64,000 nucleotides of DNA from assembly GCA_050273025.1 (NCBI GenBank), contig CP158636.1, forward strand, positions 2,294,001-2,358,000, in the 5' to 3' direction. How positions within the stretch are numbered: position 1 is the stretch's first letter; each line of letters opens with the position of its first letter. Below are positions 12,096 through 25,249 of the stretch, piece after piece. The translations under genes were made by a program, and so were the position numbers. Origin of the DNA: Cenococcum geophilum. Its lineage: Eukaryota. Under the pieces are notes generated by a model. That model did no database searches. It was not told where the DNA came from and saw only the letters and a list, made by a program, of their open reading frames with translations.

Positions 12096-12891
12096 CGAGT
12101 ATATAATTTAATAAGTACTAATAAGCATAAGATTCTCGTATAAGATGGGCTTAATTACTTACTAAAATACGGGGTGTCTTTGTCACTGTAGTGGCTACTA
12201 TAGTGGTAAAGACGCCTTAAATATTTAATATAACCAACTACTAAGGCTGTTAATAAGTAAAAGGTAGGCTACCGATATGGTGCAAACGATATAGTTATTA
12301 ATATTATTTATAGCCTGTTTTTGCTTCTAGTATACGCGTAGATTATCTTTATATTTAGCGTAGAGCCAGTTATAGGCAGTAAGCTAATTTAGGTCTAGCT
12401 TTGCTATTAATATAGCCGTAGGTAGTATATCCCTTAGGCCAACTTAGTAGTTCTAGCTTTAGAAGATTATTTTTCTTCTTAGATAGGTCGATATACTACT
12501 ATACCTTATTAGTTTTAGCTATATCTTAGATAATAAAGAACTATTAAATTTAATTGGGTGGCTTATTAAGGATAAGGTTAATTTTTAATTTAGTAAAGGT
12601 TGTTATTTTTAGAATTTAATAGGTTAGGAAGGGTTTAGGTTAGGGTTTAGCTAGCGTTTTAGCAGAACCTTATTTAGACGTTCCAAACTTTTAATTTAAT
12701 TTATTAGTTTGTTTATTAGTTAGATTTTATTATAAAGAGCGCGATTAATAACCCCTACTAATAGCTCTAACTACGTCTAATTTTTAATTTATAAATTAGC
12801 AGATTTATAGGTAATAGTTATTTTAAGTAGCTCTAGGTACGGTATATTTAAAATCTTAACTATAGTATAGAAAAGTTATAGCTGCTAATAT

Positions 12892-15800
12892 TGTGGGAGG
12901 GTACGACCACTCTCAGATAGGAAAGTCACAGTGCTGTCTGTCTGTCTGTCGGTCGGTCGGTCGGTCGGTCCGTTGGTCATAATTAATTAGTAGGAAAGCA
13001 GTCCGTAAGAAGAAAGGAAAGAATGTATTCTGGTCGGTTGTGGTGGAGAGAAGAAGAGAAGCCGAAGGCTTAATATATACAGGAAAATGCTAAGGCACTA
13101 AGTAGTGGCCCATTTTACCCCACCACATACCTCCCCCACTAAGAACGTTGTCCCCTAATGTTCTATACTATAAAAGAATAGCTAAATAAAAGAATAGTAA
13201 AAGCAGAATAGAGAAAGGAAAGCGCATCCCTAAAAGAACTTAGATAACCCTATCCTTAGCTCTCCTATAGAACTGTTCTACAGTGCCCCTTTATTACCTA
13301 TAGCTAAGATCTAACCTAGCAACTAGGACAGTAGTAAACTAGAAACAATAACGGTAGCAGTAATAGTAGCAATAGCAGTAATAGCAGTAACAGCAGCAAC
13401 AGTAACGGTAGTAGTAATAGTAATGCGGCAGACAGTCAGCGCGGTAGAATACTCAGTAGAAGAATTCGGTAACAGTTAGTAAATAGTAGGATATCCAGCA
13501 GCAGAACTTTTAGTAGTAGAAATCTCGGTAGCGGCAGACGGTTGGTAGTAGTTAGTCGGTAGCAGTTAGTCAGTAGCAGTCAGTTAGTAGCAGTTAGTGA
13601 GAACGGTAGCAGTAGAATAATCGGAATAATAGAACGGAACAGTCGGAAGAGTAGTGGCAGTAGTGGCAGCGGTAGAACAGCTGGTCGGCAGTAGTAGAAC
13701 AGATCGGTTGGAATAGCAGTATAGAACGGCATGACAGACCTAGCAGATCCAGCAGTAAATGGACCTAGCAGCGGTACAGATCTAGGACGGTAGAGACAGC
13801 AGTCGGTCAAGACGGCAGGGACGAAATAGCCGGACGGAATAGCGGCAGCAGCAGCGGCGACGGCGGGCCAGTCGATCAAAATAGCAGAGACTACGGCCCG
13901 ACTCGGTGGTTCGGCTGGTTATTTAATATCAGGATTCTGCATCTAGCTCTGCATCGGTCTACATTATACGCAGCTCTTAATTAAGGCTCTGTCGGCGGCT
14001 TTGCATTAGGCCCTGCATTATTAGGCTTTACATCCGCATCGTTCTGCATCTGGCTGTGCATTAGGCTGCATATCAGGCTGTGCATCAGTAGCTCTGCATT
14101 GCATACTCTGCGTCCGTGTTCGCACCTGTGGTTCTAGAATGTTGACTAGCGATGCTTCCGATGTTCTATCAGCCGTATACTAATTTCCTAGTTAGGCCTA
14201 GTGCCTGTCTGTCTACTATTGTAGAATCTTTGACTGCTAATCGAAGACGTCCGACGGCGACGGTGACTGATTCGATTTAACTGTGACAACGTACAATCAA
14301 CTAACGTTTAAATAGGGTATTAGGTCGGCCCGACCGAAGGCTCTAATTTAACGACTTGACTGTAGAGGCAGCGTTCGACTGATTAGGATTTGACTAAGGC
14401 TCTGGCTTGACTTAAGGTGTCTTCTGCTGCACGTACGACTTGGGTTCTGCATCCGTAGGCTCTGCATCTGCGGACAATTAATTAAGACTCTGGCTGTGCA
14501 GTCGTTCTGTTAAAGCTTTATATCTATATAGTTAATTAATTGGGGCTCTGCATCCGTAGTCGATTGAGGCTCTTAGTATCCACTAGACGTCCAATCCGGA
14601 GACCTATCTTAAGACTTCCTTCCTTATGAGCATAAACGGCAGCTTCTAGTAGACCATTTTCGCGGGCCAAGTGCTTTTCTAGGACGTCTCCTGTAGCTGC
14701 TTTTCTTCCCTTTCTAGGCCGTCCTTACTTGACTCTTTCGGCGTATCCCTAGGCTTTTGCGGCTGCTTCTTCGCCTATGCTGCTGGCAGTACGCTCGCGT
14801 ATCCTTAATCTTCTTCCGGCTTTAGAACCCTCTTGAAATTACCTTCTGCTTCTAGTCTCCTTATTATTATTCTGCTAATTCTGCGCGTTATCTAAGTCGT
14901 CCTTCGAAACCATCTAGTGGCAGCTTCTCGGTTGTGAATACCTCCGTCGTATATCCCTTATCCTTGCGTCTATAATACAGTCCTTTTATCAAGACAATCT
15001 CTAAGAAGTGCTGGCTCTTATACGTCCAATTCCTGTTTCCCTTATAATCCTCAATAAGGTCCTTTACTGGCTTAGTCAGATACGGCTTTGTCCTGTCTTC
15101 AGTCGCATAAGGATAGCTTAGGCTTAATATGGTCAGCTGTGCCCTATATACAATCTTTCGCAGAGTATCTTTATCAGTGCCTCTTCGTATACTGCTTTAC
15201 GGTTCCGCGGTACTTGTTTTCTAATATCTTGCTGCTGCCCTTGTACAGGTCCCTTCCTTGCTACAGTGTCCGTTCTCGTCGTGCAGCTAGCAGTACTAAA
15301 TTCGGATGGCAGTGACAGTCGTGCTGCGATTAGTCGTCGTTTGAATAAGGAATAACGTCGGCCCGGCCGAAGGCTCTAATTTAACGACATTTGACTGATT
15401 TGATGGCGACGTGCTGACATTAAGGCTTTGGCTTGATTCGACTCCCCAACCAGTCGCGGCTCCTGTGCAGTCATTCGACTGATTAAGGTTTCTGTGCAGT
15501 CGTTCGATTAAGGCTCTATGTGTAGCTCTGCGTGCAGCTCTGCGTCTGGCTCTATATTATACAATCAGCTCTATATCCGTGTAATTAATTAAGGCTCTTA
15601 GTGCCGTTCTTATCGTATAGCTAGCGCATTATTGAATTCCAGGGGCGGTGTAGAGTTCTGCCAGCTTTACTGCTAAATAAACTAATTAGGATTTTCCATC
15701 CCCGGGATAAAAAATCGCTATTAGCTCGGTAACGGGCGGTGAGCTGAACTAACATCTTTGTAGTAGGTCGTCTCGACTAACGCGTCCTAACGCGTCGCGA

Positions 15801-18639
15801 TCAAGAAAGTAAACAAGAAAAGGAGCTTTAGGAAATACTGTAACTAAGCAGACAAATAAAAATCTTTTATATGGCCGTCACCTACGTCTCCTCCCCCACC
15901 TTAGAACTTGACTATCCCCTAGTCGAACATCCTACACCTAGGGCGGAGCCTGCTACGGAGCCTGCTGCGGGGCCTACGGGTTAATAGCTGACCTAGTTAA
16001 GCGTCTCCAAGGATTAGACAATTTATTCTTCTTCCTAGCTTCAGCTGTCTCATCCGTAGGCTGTAACCTAATCTGGATGTAATCTCCTAGTCGTACATTC
16101 TTCTCCTACTGCTTAACGGCTGTCCTAGCTATACGGCTGTCTCTGAGGATCTACAGACGTTGCTGGCTGGGCGTTACTACTGAGTCCGTGGGTCGTACTT
16201 AATAGTAGTCCTCCCAGTTCGTACGCATTCCGTTACTATTCTTTAGTACTACTCCGTCATAGAAAGCAGTAAAATCCGTCTATACTATAGGGGCCCGTTA
16301 CTACATCTGTTCTTCCTTTAGCCTACCTAGGTTTGTTCCTTAGTATGTACGGAGCCAGTTCTTAATATACTCTAGCCGTCCTTTATTGCCAAGCCATAGA
16401 AGTACAGGTCTAGGTCGATCGCGCGTCCCCGCTACTAGCCTTCCTTGATCAGATAGATGCACAAATCCTTACTAAATAAGATCCTTTAAGCCTTAATATT
16501 CGTGCTTGGTGAAACGGTGACTTCCTCCGCATCCAAAACAGGTCTGTAGGCCTTGTCCTCGCGTACCTTGCTGACCCCGTATGTCCCGCTACGGCCGTCT
16601 AAAGGCAGTAGAATCTTGCGGATATTGAGAGTCTTGCGGATGTTGAGAATCCTACAGAGGTCGAGAGTCCTGCGGAGGTCGGGTGCTGTTCTGCTAGTCT
16701 TCGTATCCTGGTGCTGGGCTGTATCTTTGTACTAGGCCTTGAACTGCAGCTTGATCTATAGCAGGTGACTGCTGCTGTATTAGGGCTCCTCTGTGTACAC
16801 CTGAGTCCAGAAGCCTTCCTTCTCTCCTGCGGTTGAGCCCATCCCTTTACTGCCGTAGCTCCTATATAAGCTGGATATTTAGGGCGTCTTCTTCCAGAAG
16901 GACATCTATTCGCTTGGCGCCCTCTACAGCTACTATCCTTGACTCTACGGCCTCCTTTAGTCTCTTGAACACAAGGGTGCTAGGCTCGTCTACTACGGCT
17001 CCTGTCTTTTCCATTGCGTGCCTGCGGAATTCGATCAGGAGTCCTCATATAAACCATCGCCCCTTCTCTTGCTTAGTAAGGTTTCCTACGGCTACTGCTT
17101 TAGCTGAGATACTGGTGAAATCTTGTATGTAGTGACGCAGATTTCCTGGCTGCTCCGCTGACTTCCTAACAAATGCCTCAACGAAGTCTCTTGTCTCTAT
17201 ACGTCGGTAGTAGTCCTCGGCTTGATATTTGGCTTAGAGTTTAGTTACCAGTCGGCTCTAGTCGTCCTGTTCGAATTCCGGCATTATCTAAATGGCTTCC
17301 GCGTATAAGCCTTCGTAATAGTTAGAGAGACACGCGAGCCTACAGTCTTTGCCTACGTAGTACCTTTAACATATGCCTTCGTAGTCCTTAATAAACCTAG
17401 AGATATTCCTTCCGTTAAATTGTGGAACCCCTTGCCTAAAAGGATCTAGTATTACTACCGTTAGAACGAACACGCGGCGTACTTCCCTTGCTGCCTAAGG
17501 TAAGGGTGTCCTAGATAGCTATCCTGGTGGTACTTTGGTACGTATATGCTGCGGCTAGTCTACTTGTACACCTATATCCCTAACGGAAGGCACCTGCTTC
17601 TTAACGCCTGAGGGGGGGTTTTCCTAGGAGAGCACGGAATCTTCATCTTCTGCCACTACCGGGTCTTAATATGTCCGTCTATTTTGGCCTGCTGTTGTTC
17701 CGCGCGGTAGGGTACTGCTACGCCTTAGGCTTTCGCTTACATCTGCTTCTTCATAGAACGCCTCCAGAGCCGCCACTAATATAATCCGGATAACTTAAAA
17801 GAAGATAAAGCTAAGCCAGAATAGGAAGCCTTCGAGGGCAGATCTGATCTCATATACTTGCGACCTTGGCTAGTATTCTCTCTTCTGTTCCTAAAGGGCA
17901 GTGCTAACTTCCTCTGCCGCTAAATGCCTTAGATCTCATTTCTATCTAATTAATTGGCTCTTAGCTTGTTGTCTCTACATCCTCAACAAAGCTCTGGCCA
18001 TGCTCGTGCGCGCGCAGGTGGTGAGATATTGGGTAACTCCGACTGCCAGTTGACGTCGTCTAATTGGCTCGTTGGTTTGCTTAACGTCCTTATACGTAAC
18101 TTTCCGAGACCGTTGCCACTCTTTGGCCTATACGTCAAGTCTAATATCCGTCTTTTCCGCTGTCTTTCTGTTTAGGGACTGCCTGGTTTCCCTTACTGTC
18201 CGATACTGCCTGGTTCTCTGCTTCTGCTGTCTTGTCTATCTGGCTAGCGGTTCTTCTGCAGCTAGTTATTCTTCTGCAGCTAGCGGTTCTTCTATAGTTA
18301 TAGTATATTCCTACGTGTTTCCTGTGTATAGAGTTGTGTATAGAGTGCCAGACTTCTAATCTAAAGAGCTTACCGTCGTCCCCACGTGGAATGCCATAAA
18401 ATATATAAAAGGGTATGACCACTCTTAGATAGGAAAGTCACAGTACTGTCTGTCTGTCTGTCGGTCGGTCGGTTAGTCGGTTGGTCGGTTGTAATTAATT
18501 AGTAGGAAAGCAGTCCGTAAGAAGAAAGGAAAGAATGTATTCTGGTCGGTCGTGGTGGAGAGAAGGAGAGAAGCCGAAGGCTTAATATATACAGGAAAAT
18601 GCTAAGGCACTAAGTAGTGGCCCATTTTACCCCACCACA
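12892..18639 (-). mobile_element. LTR retroelement (Gypsy-like, gag relic only) with 236-bp LTRs
   Basis: LTRs 12892-13127 and 18404-18639. 4-bp TSD ATAT, with the empty site in Helitron B at about 52720. PPT (GTGGGGGAGG on -) next to 13128. Gag-like relic at about 16000-17800 with knuckle CFGCGGSHRF near 16510-16540. No RT, RNase H or integrase motif recognised. Confidence 0.85.
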
Positions 18640-19400
18640 ATATGCGGTCCTAAGTAGCATATATTCTCGGAAGTCACGTAACTCCTTATATAAGTAATAT
18701 TTCCGCCCTTTAAAAAAATTTAAAAATTTCTAAAAATCAATTAACGCTATAGATAGCAGCAATATTAATCCGGTAATACTGCCAATTCTCCTTATATACT
18801 ATTATATGTATATCTAACAGCTCTAGAAGCGGTAAGAAAGTAGGACGGATAGGGGGGTTAAAATTTTAAAAATTAGATTTCGCGGTTAAGCTATTTAAAA
18901 GTTAGGAAACTAAGATAAATACTATATTCTCTACTTACCTCTAAGCCAGTATATAATTTCCTAATTAGGAAAAGTTGTTTATAAGTAATTACTACTACCT
19001 CCGTGCAAAATCTTCTTATTATACCTCTTTAGTCTTACTTATAGATAACTAAAATCGTTTTATATTAAACCTATATTTAAATATAAGCCCTAAAATCTTC
19101 TTAACTTGTGAGATTACTATATAGGTTAGCCCGGCTATCTTATTCTTTTCCTTAATATTTAGAACTACCTGGTTAAGTATTAGGCCCTAGCTTTTATATA
19201 TAGTAAGAGCAAAAGCTAAAGTAATTAGAAATTGACGCTATAAGTAAGAGCCTCTTATACCCTCCTACTTACGAAGCACGGAAAATATAAGGACGACCTT
19301 CTTACCATCCTGCCGAGTAAATAGGGTAGGTCCGTTATACTTATCTACTATAACTAGTAGTAACTAAGGCTAATCCTTTTTAATATCCATATATCCCTTC

Positions 19401-19582
19401 TGTCACGGCACTGACCTGACGCGTTGTTATGGCTACGCGTATGCATGAGCACGGACCTGACCCCTGAGCGACGTGTATATATACCACCTCACCTCCTACA
19501 TAGATCCTCACACGACATCGTTTGTCAATCATATACAGTCACCTCGTACATCGTACCTTGACAGTCCGCACGTACTGTGACA
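19401..19582. mobile_element. Solo LTR (182 bp) inside the Helitron A helicase region
   Basis: TGTCAC...GTGACA termini. TSD CCTTC. Empty site in copy B at about 53470. Confidence 0.93.
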
Positions 19583-20899
19583 CCTTCTATATAACGTCTT
19601 TAATTATACTAGTAGTACCGTTTACTAAGCCTAGTTTAACCCAGATATTATATATTAGCATTACTTTCGCGCTAATATATAGGGCTAGATTCTCTATAGT
19701 ATCGCACTAATTAGAAGTAACTTTCTGCGCACCTACACTAGTATTAACTAACTTAATAGCCACTACTAGCTATAAAAGATCGCGAAGCCAAATAGTATTA
19801 TACTTACTTATAGCAGCGCGTATGCTATATAGCCGAATTATATTATTAAAGCCCGCAACCTTATTAGTAGATAGGCCCTACTTATACCTAGTTAAAAGAA
19901 GCTTCTAGGTTAAATTACTTATAGAATTACTATATAGCTCCGTAAGGGCGGTCCTAAATATAAAGCTCTTAGTATTATTACCGCCCTGCCGCATAACTTA
20001 ATCTAGGATAATAGTTCGGTTAATTACTTTATAGGCTCCCTTTCTATAGCTAGCGGGCTCTAACGGCCTAGTGGGTAGATTACTATATAAGGCCGCCTAA
20101 CCTATAAGGGGAAGCTAATGGAAATCGCCTACTAGTAAGATGTTTAAGCCTTTAAAGTAGTTGTTGTTACGCGTAGGGTAGATCTAACGGAGGCGGCGAT
20201 TAATCTAGGCTAGATATACTTGCCCGATTATAGATTTCTTATTAAGGATAAGATAGTAAATATCCTTAAAAGCTTGTTATAGAGGTATAAGACTAGCAGT
20301 AGGCAATTTCTTAAAGGGGCGATTTACTAGCAACCTTAATAGTTTGTATATAGTTCTACCGTTAATATTAAAGGCAGCTACTCTAGTAGGGGCGGCTCGA
20401 ACTAATACGTCAGGAAAACGGGGAGTGGCGTAGGAAATTTAGTTTCGCTAAAAGCGTTTTTGGGGCCCAGGGCTAGCTTTCCGCCATATTCGCCAAAGCC
20501 CGGAGCAATGCGCCAGCACTACGCTAGCTAAAAGTACAATACTCAAATGGCTATGGCTAAAAGAGCGCAATATTACATATATTGCAGCAATATGCTAGCT
20601 TATAGCTATAAAATAGACATTATTACCATTATTACATTTATCGCAGATATTATATATCTTGCTATTATTAAAATCTATATTTATAATTATGCGTTTCTTT
20701 TACGGCTCTAACTCTTTACATATTTACTAGCAGCTTATTTACCTTTTAAAAGAAAATCCTTATTATATAATGTATTAAACTAATTAAAATTAACCTAAGG
20801 ATTAATAATAAAGCTCTAGGGCTCTAACCTAAGCTTTAATAGCACTATATACGCGCTATAGAGCACCAATAAAAGGTTATAAATACGACGTCTACTAAT

Positions 20900-23800
20900 A
20901 CTTCGTTAGCACTTTGCAAGAGATTGCTGCTATAGCTCCACCTCTACTATACCGTAAAAATCGTTTACCCGGCCTATATCTTTAAGACAAAGCAGATTAA
21001 CCAAAACACCTATATATTAAAGCCGCCTACCCTACAAGTTTAACCTCTCTTTATCTATAACTATAATAATCAGTTAAGCTTTTCTAAGAAGTATACTGCT
21101 AAGAGGGTATATCTGCCCAAAAGTAGCAGTTTGCGTATACTCTTACACCCATAAATAGTCTCGTCTCCATTTACCTTAGCTCTGCCAATTATATACATAT
21201 TAGATAAACTCTTTAGCCATAGAGTCTAGGTTTTTTCTATCCCGCTTTTAATATTATACTAAGTTATAGATACACACAAAGTATAAGCCTACTTTAGAAG
21301 AATCCTCTTCTCTACAATTTATTTAAATATTAGTAGTAAAGGTTCTATCCTGCTTATTATAATTCTCTTATAAGAATATAGCTAGTGCTTTAATAAAACC
21401 AAAAAGCCCTATTTTATTTTCAACTTAATATGCCTAGCGCCATATTTTAATTAGGATACTAGCCTCTTCCACTATATATCTATTGTCCTAGTTAATAAAC
21501 CAGCCTATATTAGTTAGGTCCACTAGTTGTGTTAAGGTTATAGCATAAACTACCTTAGCAATATCTGCTGGCGATAAAAGTTTCGTCACTTTAAGCATAC
21601 GGAGTTCTTCTATTACTATTATTTAAAGGTACCGGGTATTATAATAGAGTAATTACTCCTAGTAGTTAGAGCGCTTATTTATATAGTTAAAGAATACCTT
21701 TACTAAAAGTTTGTATATAACCTTACTATACTTAATATCTACACCAGTAAGGCTACCTATCTTATAAATATAGTAGGGGTAGTAGGTAAAAGCATAAAGT
21801 TTTAAAATATTAAAGTACTATTCCTACGTTGCGTGGTAAAATAGGCGAAATCTAGAGAAGGCGGTTTTTATTTAGTCTATAATATAGAGTGCATATTCTA
21901 TATACCCAATAGTATTATCATTATATAAAGCGTATTATGCAAGCATTATAAAGTCTAAGACTACTTAAGTATATAGCATTGCTCCCGTATATTCCTTTAG
22001 TATAAGGGGTGCCAGTACCGCTATAAGCTATTATATTATATCCTTCTGGAGATGGCCTATCTATTAACTAACCGATATAAACTCTTTAAACCGTTTTATA
22101 CTAACAAATTCCAGTATTTAACTAAATTGTTTGTTCAGCACGGCATTAATATAGTCTTTAGTTAAACCCTACCACTTTAGTTACCCTTTTAATTGCTATA
22201 GTTTTGTATTTTTAAGCAAGAGATTCTTAGTCTAGTCAATTAGGTCGGTTGCTGTCCCTTTTATAAGCTGGTGCAGTATATTAGGAGTTATATATATATA
22301 GATATTTACTAAGTAATGCTTCTAGGCAAAGTTTTATTATAGGTAAACCCAAGTATTATCTAACTGTTTAATATTCCTTCTAGATTAGAGCTCTATTTAT
22401 TATCTTATGCTTATATAATTATAGAACTTCTATTTAGCCTAGAGATTTCCTTACTAGTTGGGCGGTATTTAGCATATAGTGCATTATTAAAGATTCTTTA
22501 CACCTGTAATTATAACTTACTCCTTATAGTCTGCCATTATTAATAAAATAATAGGGTAACATACTTTTATCTTTCCGTCCGCATAGGCAATATAAATACT
22601 AGTCTTTAAAATCATTTCTAGCGCTTAAAATACTATTAGTTAGTAATATACGGGTAGGTAGCTTAAAGCACTTATGGGCTAATATAAGTTCTATTACGGT
22701 ATAGTATACTTCTAATTTAACCTACCCCTTTATAATAGGAATAAACCCAAATAATACTATACCTAGGCGTTTCTGTATATAGCAAGTTCGGCTATTTAAG
22801 TTAAACACCAAAGTATACACTAGATATATTATTATTTTACCTTATTCAAACAGCAAGGTCTTATTAGTCGCAATAACTAGCGGCACTATAGTAGCGCCCA
22901 GTAGAAGCTGGTCCTGCTAATACTACCAATAGTTACCGGTATAAACTTCCATATATATCCGTGAATTATTATCGTTAAATAGTCGGACTGGGGCGAATAG
23001 CTAGTGGCCTAGTAAGAACCGTAGTACCTATACAATACTTCTATATTGGATATAGTATTTAGTCTATTTAATTAAATCCTTTCCTTTATTAACTTGCAAC
23101 GTGCATTCTTCCTATTTTTCAAGTATAATAGCCTAGTTTAATTAATTATATCTCTAAAACAAGTCATTTAAGTTCTTTATAGATATCTAATCTTATAATA
23201 GCGGAGCAAGCCAGGGGTCTCGTAGAAATCGATTAATAGCCCCCTATAACACTTTTTCTTGGATAAAGAATAGGGTAAGTATATACTCTACTTTACTTTA
23301 AAATAGGTAGAATTCGGTTCTGCCGTCATTAGATAGATTAGGGCATTGCTAATACAACTACGTCTTATCTTTAGTCGCACAGTATTGCACTAGCTTACCA
23401 GCACCTCTCCTAGTAACCTTTATATAGCCTTCTATCCTAATAGATATCGCAGTTAATAACAATCCTCTCTCTTATAGGGGGGGTTTCGGTTAGTTAATAG
23501 AGGTCTCTATAGTAGGTACCTTACAGCATATAGCCTAGTCATTTAATAGTAGGGTAGATATCCCTTTAGCAGTAATAATTACTATATTATTATTACGCAA
23601 TACAAAGCCCTCGTCTTTAGAAGATATTTATTAGTTACGGTTAACAATTTCCAGTATATTATTAAATCCGTCATTGGCAGTTTAATAGTCAAATAGGACC
23701 GGTTTATTCCTATTTCTACATCTACGCCTTTTCTAGGGGTTACTTTACCTTTAGATTTCATCCTTATATTTATATTTTATTTTATAACGTTCCGCGCCAC

Positions 23801-23950
23801 TAGTAGAACGTAGGATTACATAGCATCGGCTATATCTTCTATCCATAAAGTATACAGTAACTATTATAGATTTAGCTAGTATTTACGGCTTATTAACGCT
23901 TAACTTACTCTTATACTAGGGTAGTAATATATTAAGTAAATATAACATTA
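20900..23950 (-). pseudogene. Plavaka transposase (PF18759-like) relic
   Basis: Minus-strand motifs FYLFKSKVEY (about 23300), EVYTGNYW*Y*QDQLLLGATIVPLVIATNKTL (about 22950-22855), IAYADGKIKVCYPII...MADY (about 22590-22530) and PNILHQLIKG (about 22270). These match RIPed versions of Plavaka consensus motifs. Boundaries approximate. Confidence 0.82.
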
Positions 23951-24289
23951 TTATTTCCAGCTTTATAGTTAGTAAGGAGTAGAGTAGACGCGTATAAAGG
24001 GTTTTTTATAAACTACTTACGCGTAGAGTTTATAAGGTATTATATAATCCACTAATAATAAAATACCTAAAAATGTAATATCTGCAATATTAATAACTAG
24101 AAATAGCCTATTTTAAAAAAATTTAAGGGCCTATAATTTATTACATACTACCAGCTCTACGTTATAGTAATTCTTGCAATATTATAGATATCTAACTTTC
24201 GTAAATTACTAACCTTAAAATTCTTACCTTCTATCTCCTATTAATACTACTAGATTTCAATTTCTTACGATTCTAGTTCTAGTACACAC

Positions 24290-24830
24290 TACTAAACCTA
24301 TACGTTGGTTCGGTTTATAATATCGCAAATATTAGCGTACTATATCGTATACCCAGGGCATACTATATATACAATAGTCGCAATATCGCCTCCTCGCATC
24401 CTTATTTCCTACCTTTTAGCAGAACTACCTAAGTTTTAGTTCCTGTGACCCCTAGCTCTAGGGCATACACTAAACCCGCGCATTAGTACCGTTTATAATA
24501 TTGCAAATATTAACGTGCTATATCGCATACCTAAGGCATGCCATATATATAATAGTCGCAATATTACCTCCTTACAACCTTAGTTCCCGCCTCTTAGTAG
24601 CACTACCTAAGTTCTAGTTCCCCTAATCCCTAACCTAAGGCACACCACTAGACTATTACATTAACATATTTTGCAATATTATAAATATTAATATACTACG
24701 TCGCACACTTAAGACATCTTATATCTATAATAATTATAAGCTTAACTTATTACCTTCTCGTATCCTAGCTGCACCTAGTACTAATAGGTTTTACTTCCCT
24801 AGAATCCTAAATCTAGGGCACACTTACAGC
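24290..24830. repeat. Internal direct repeat of the Plavaka element (second copy at about 30580-31040), built of ~180-bp subunits rich in GCAATAT
   Basis: Near-identical blocks (for example GGCATCTTATATCTACAATAATTATAAGCTTAACTTATTACCTTCTCG) precede each SNF2 relic. Confidence 0.85.
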
Positions 24831-25249
24831 TCTATATAACTATAAAATTCCGCAATATTATAGTTATTTAAGCATCGCGCTATATACCTAAGGAATAGAA
24901 TACGTGCATTATCTATAATATCCAAATCCTCTACCTAAGCTTTTAATCTATATCTTCTATACAATAATTATATTTTTCTAGAATCCCAGTTATAAGACAC
25001 CTCTACCCTTAGGCAATTATATGTTTTTGCAATATTGCCAATATCTAGGGTTAGTGCACTTTTACTTTTACTTTTATACTTATTTATAAAATTAATTTAC
25101 TTTACTATTACGATTCTAGCTTCTAGTCGTTTACTTTTATAACATTTAACCCTTAACCTTCTCTTTTCTCTATTATATTTCCTACTATATTACAAATAAC
25201 TTATAAAATATTTTACTAACGGCGGTCTTCGCATCATATCCTTTCTTAT

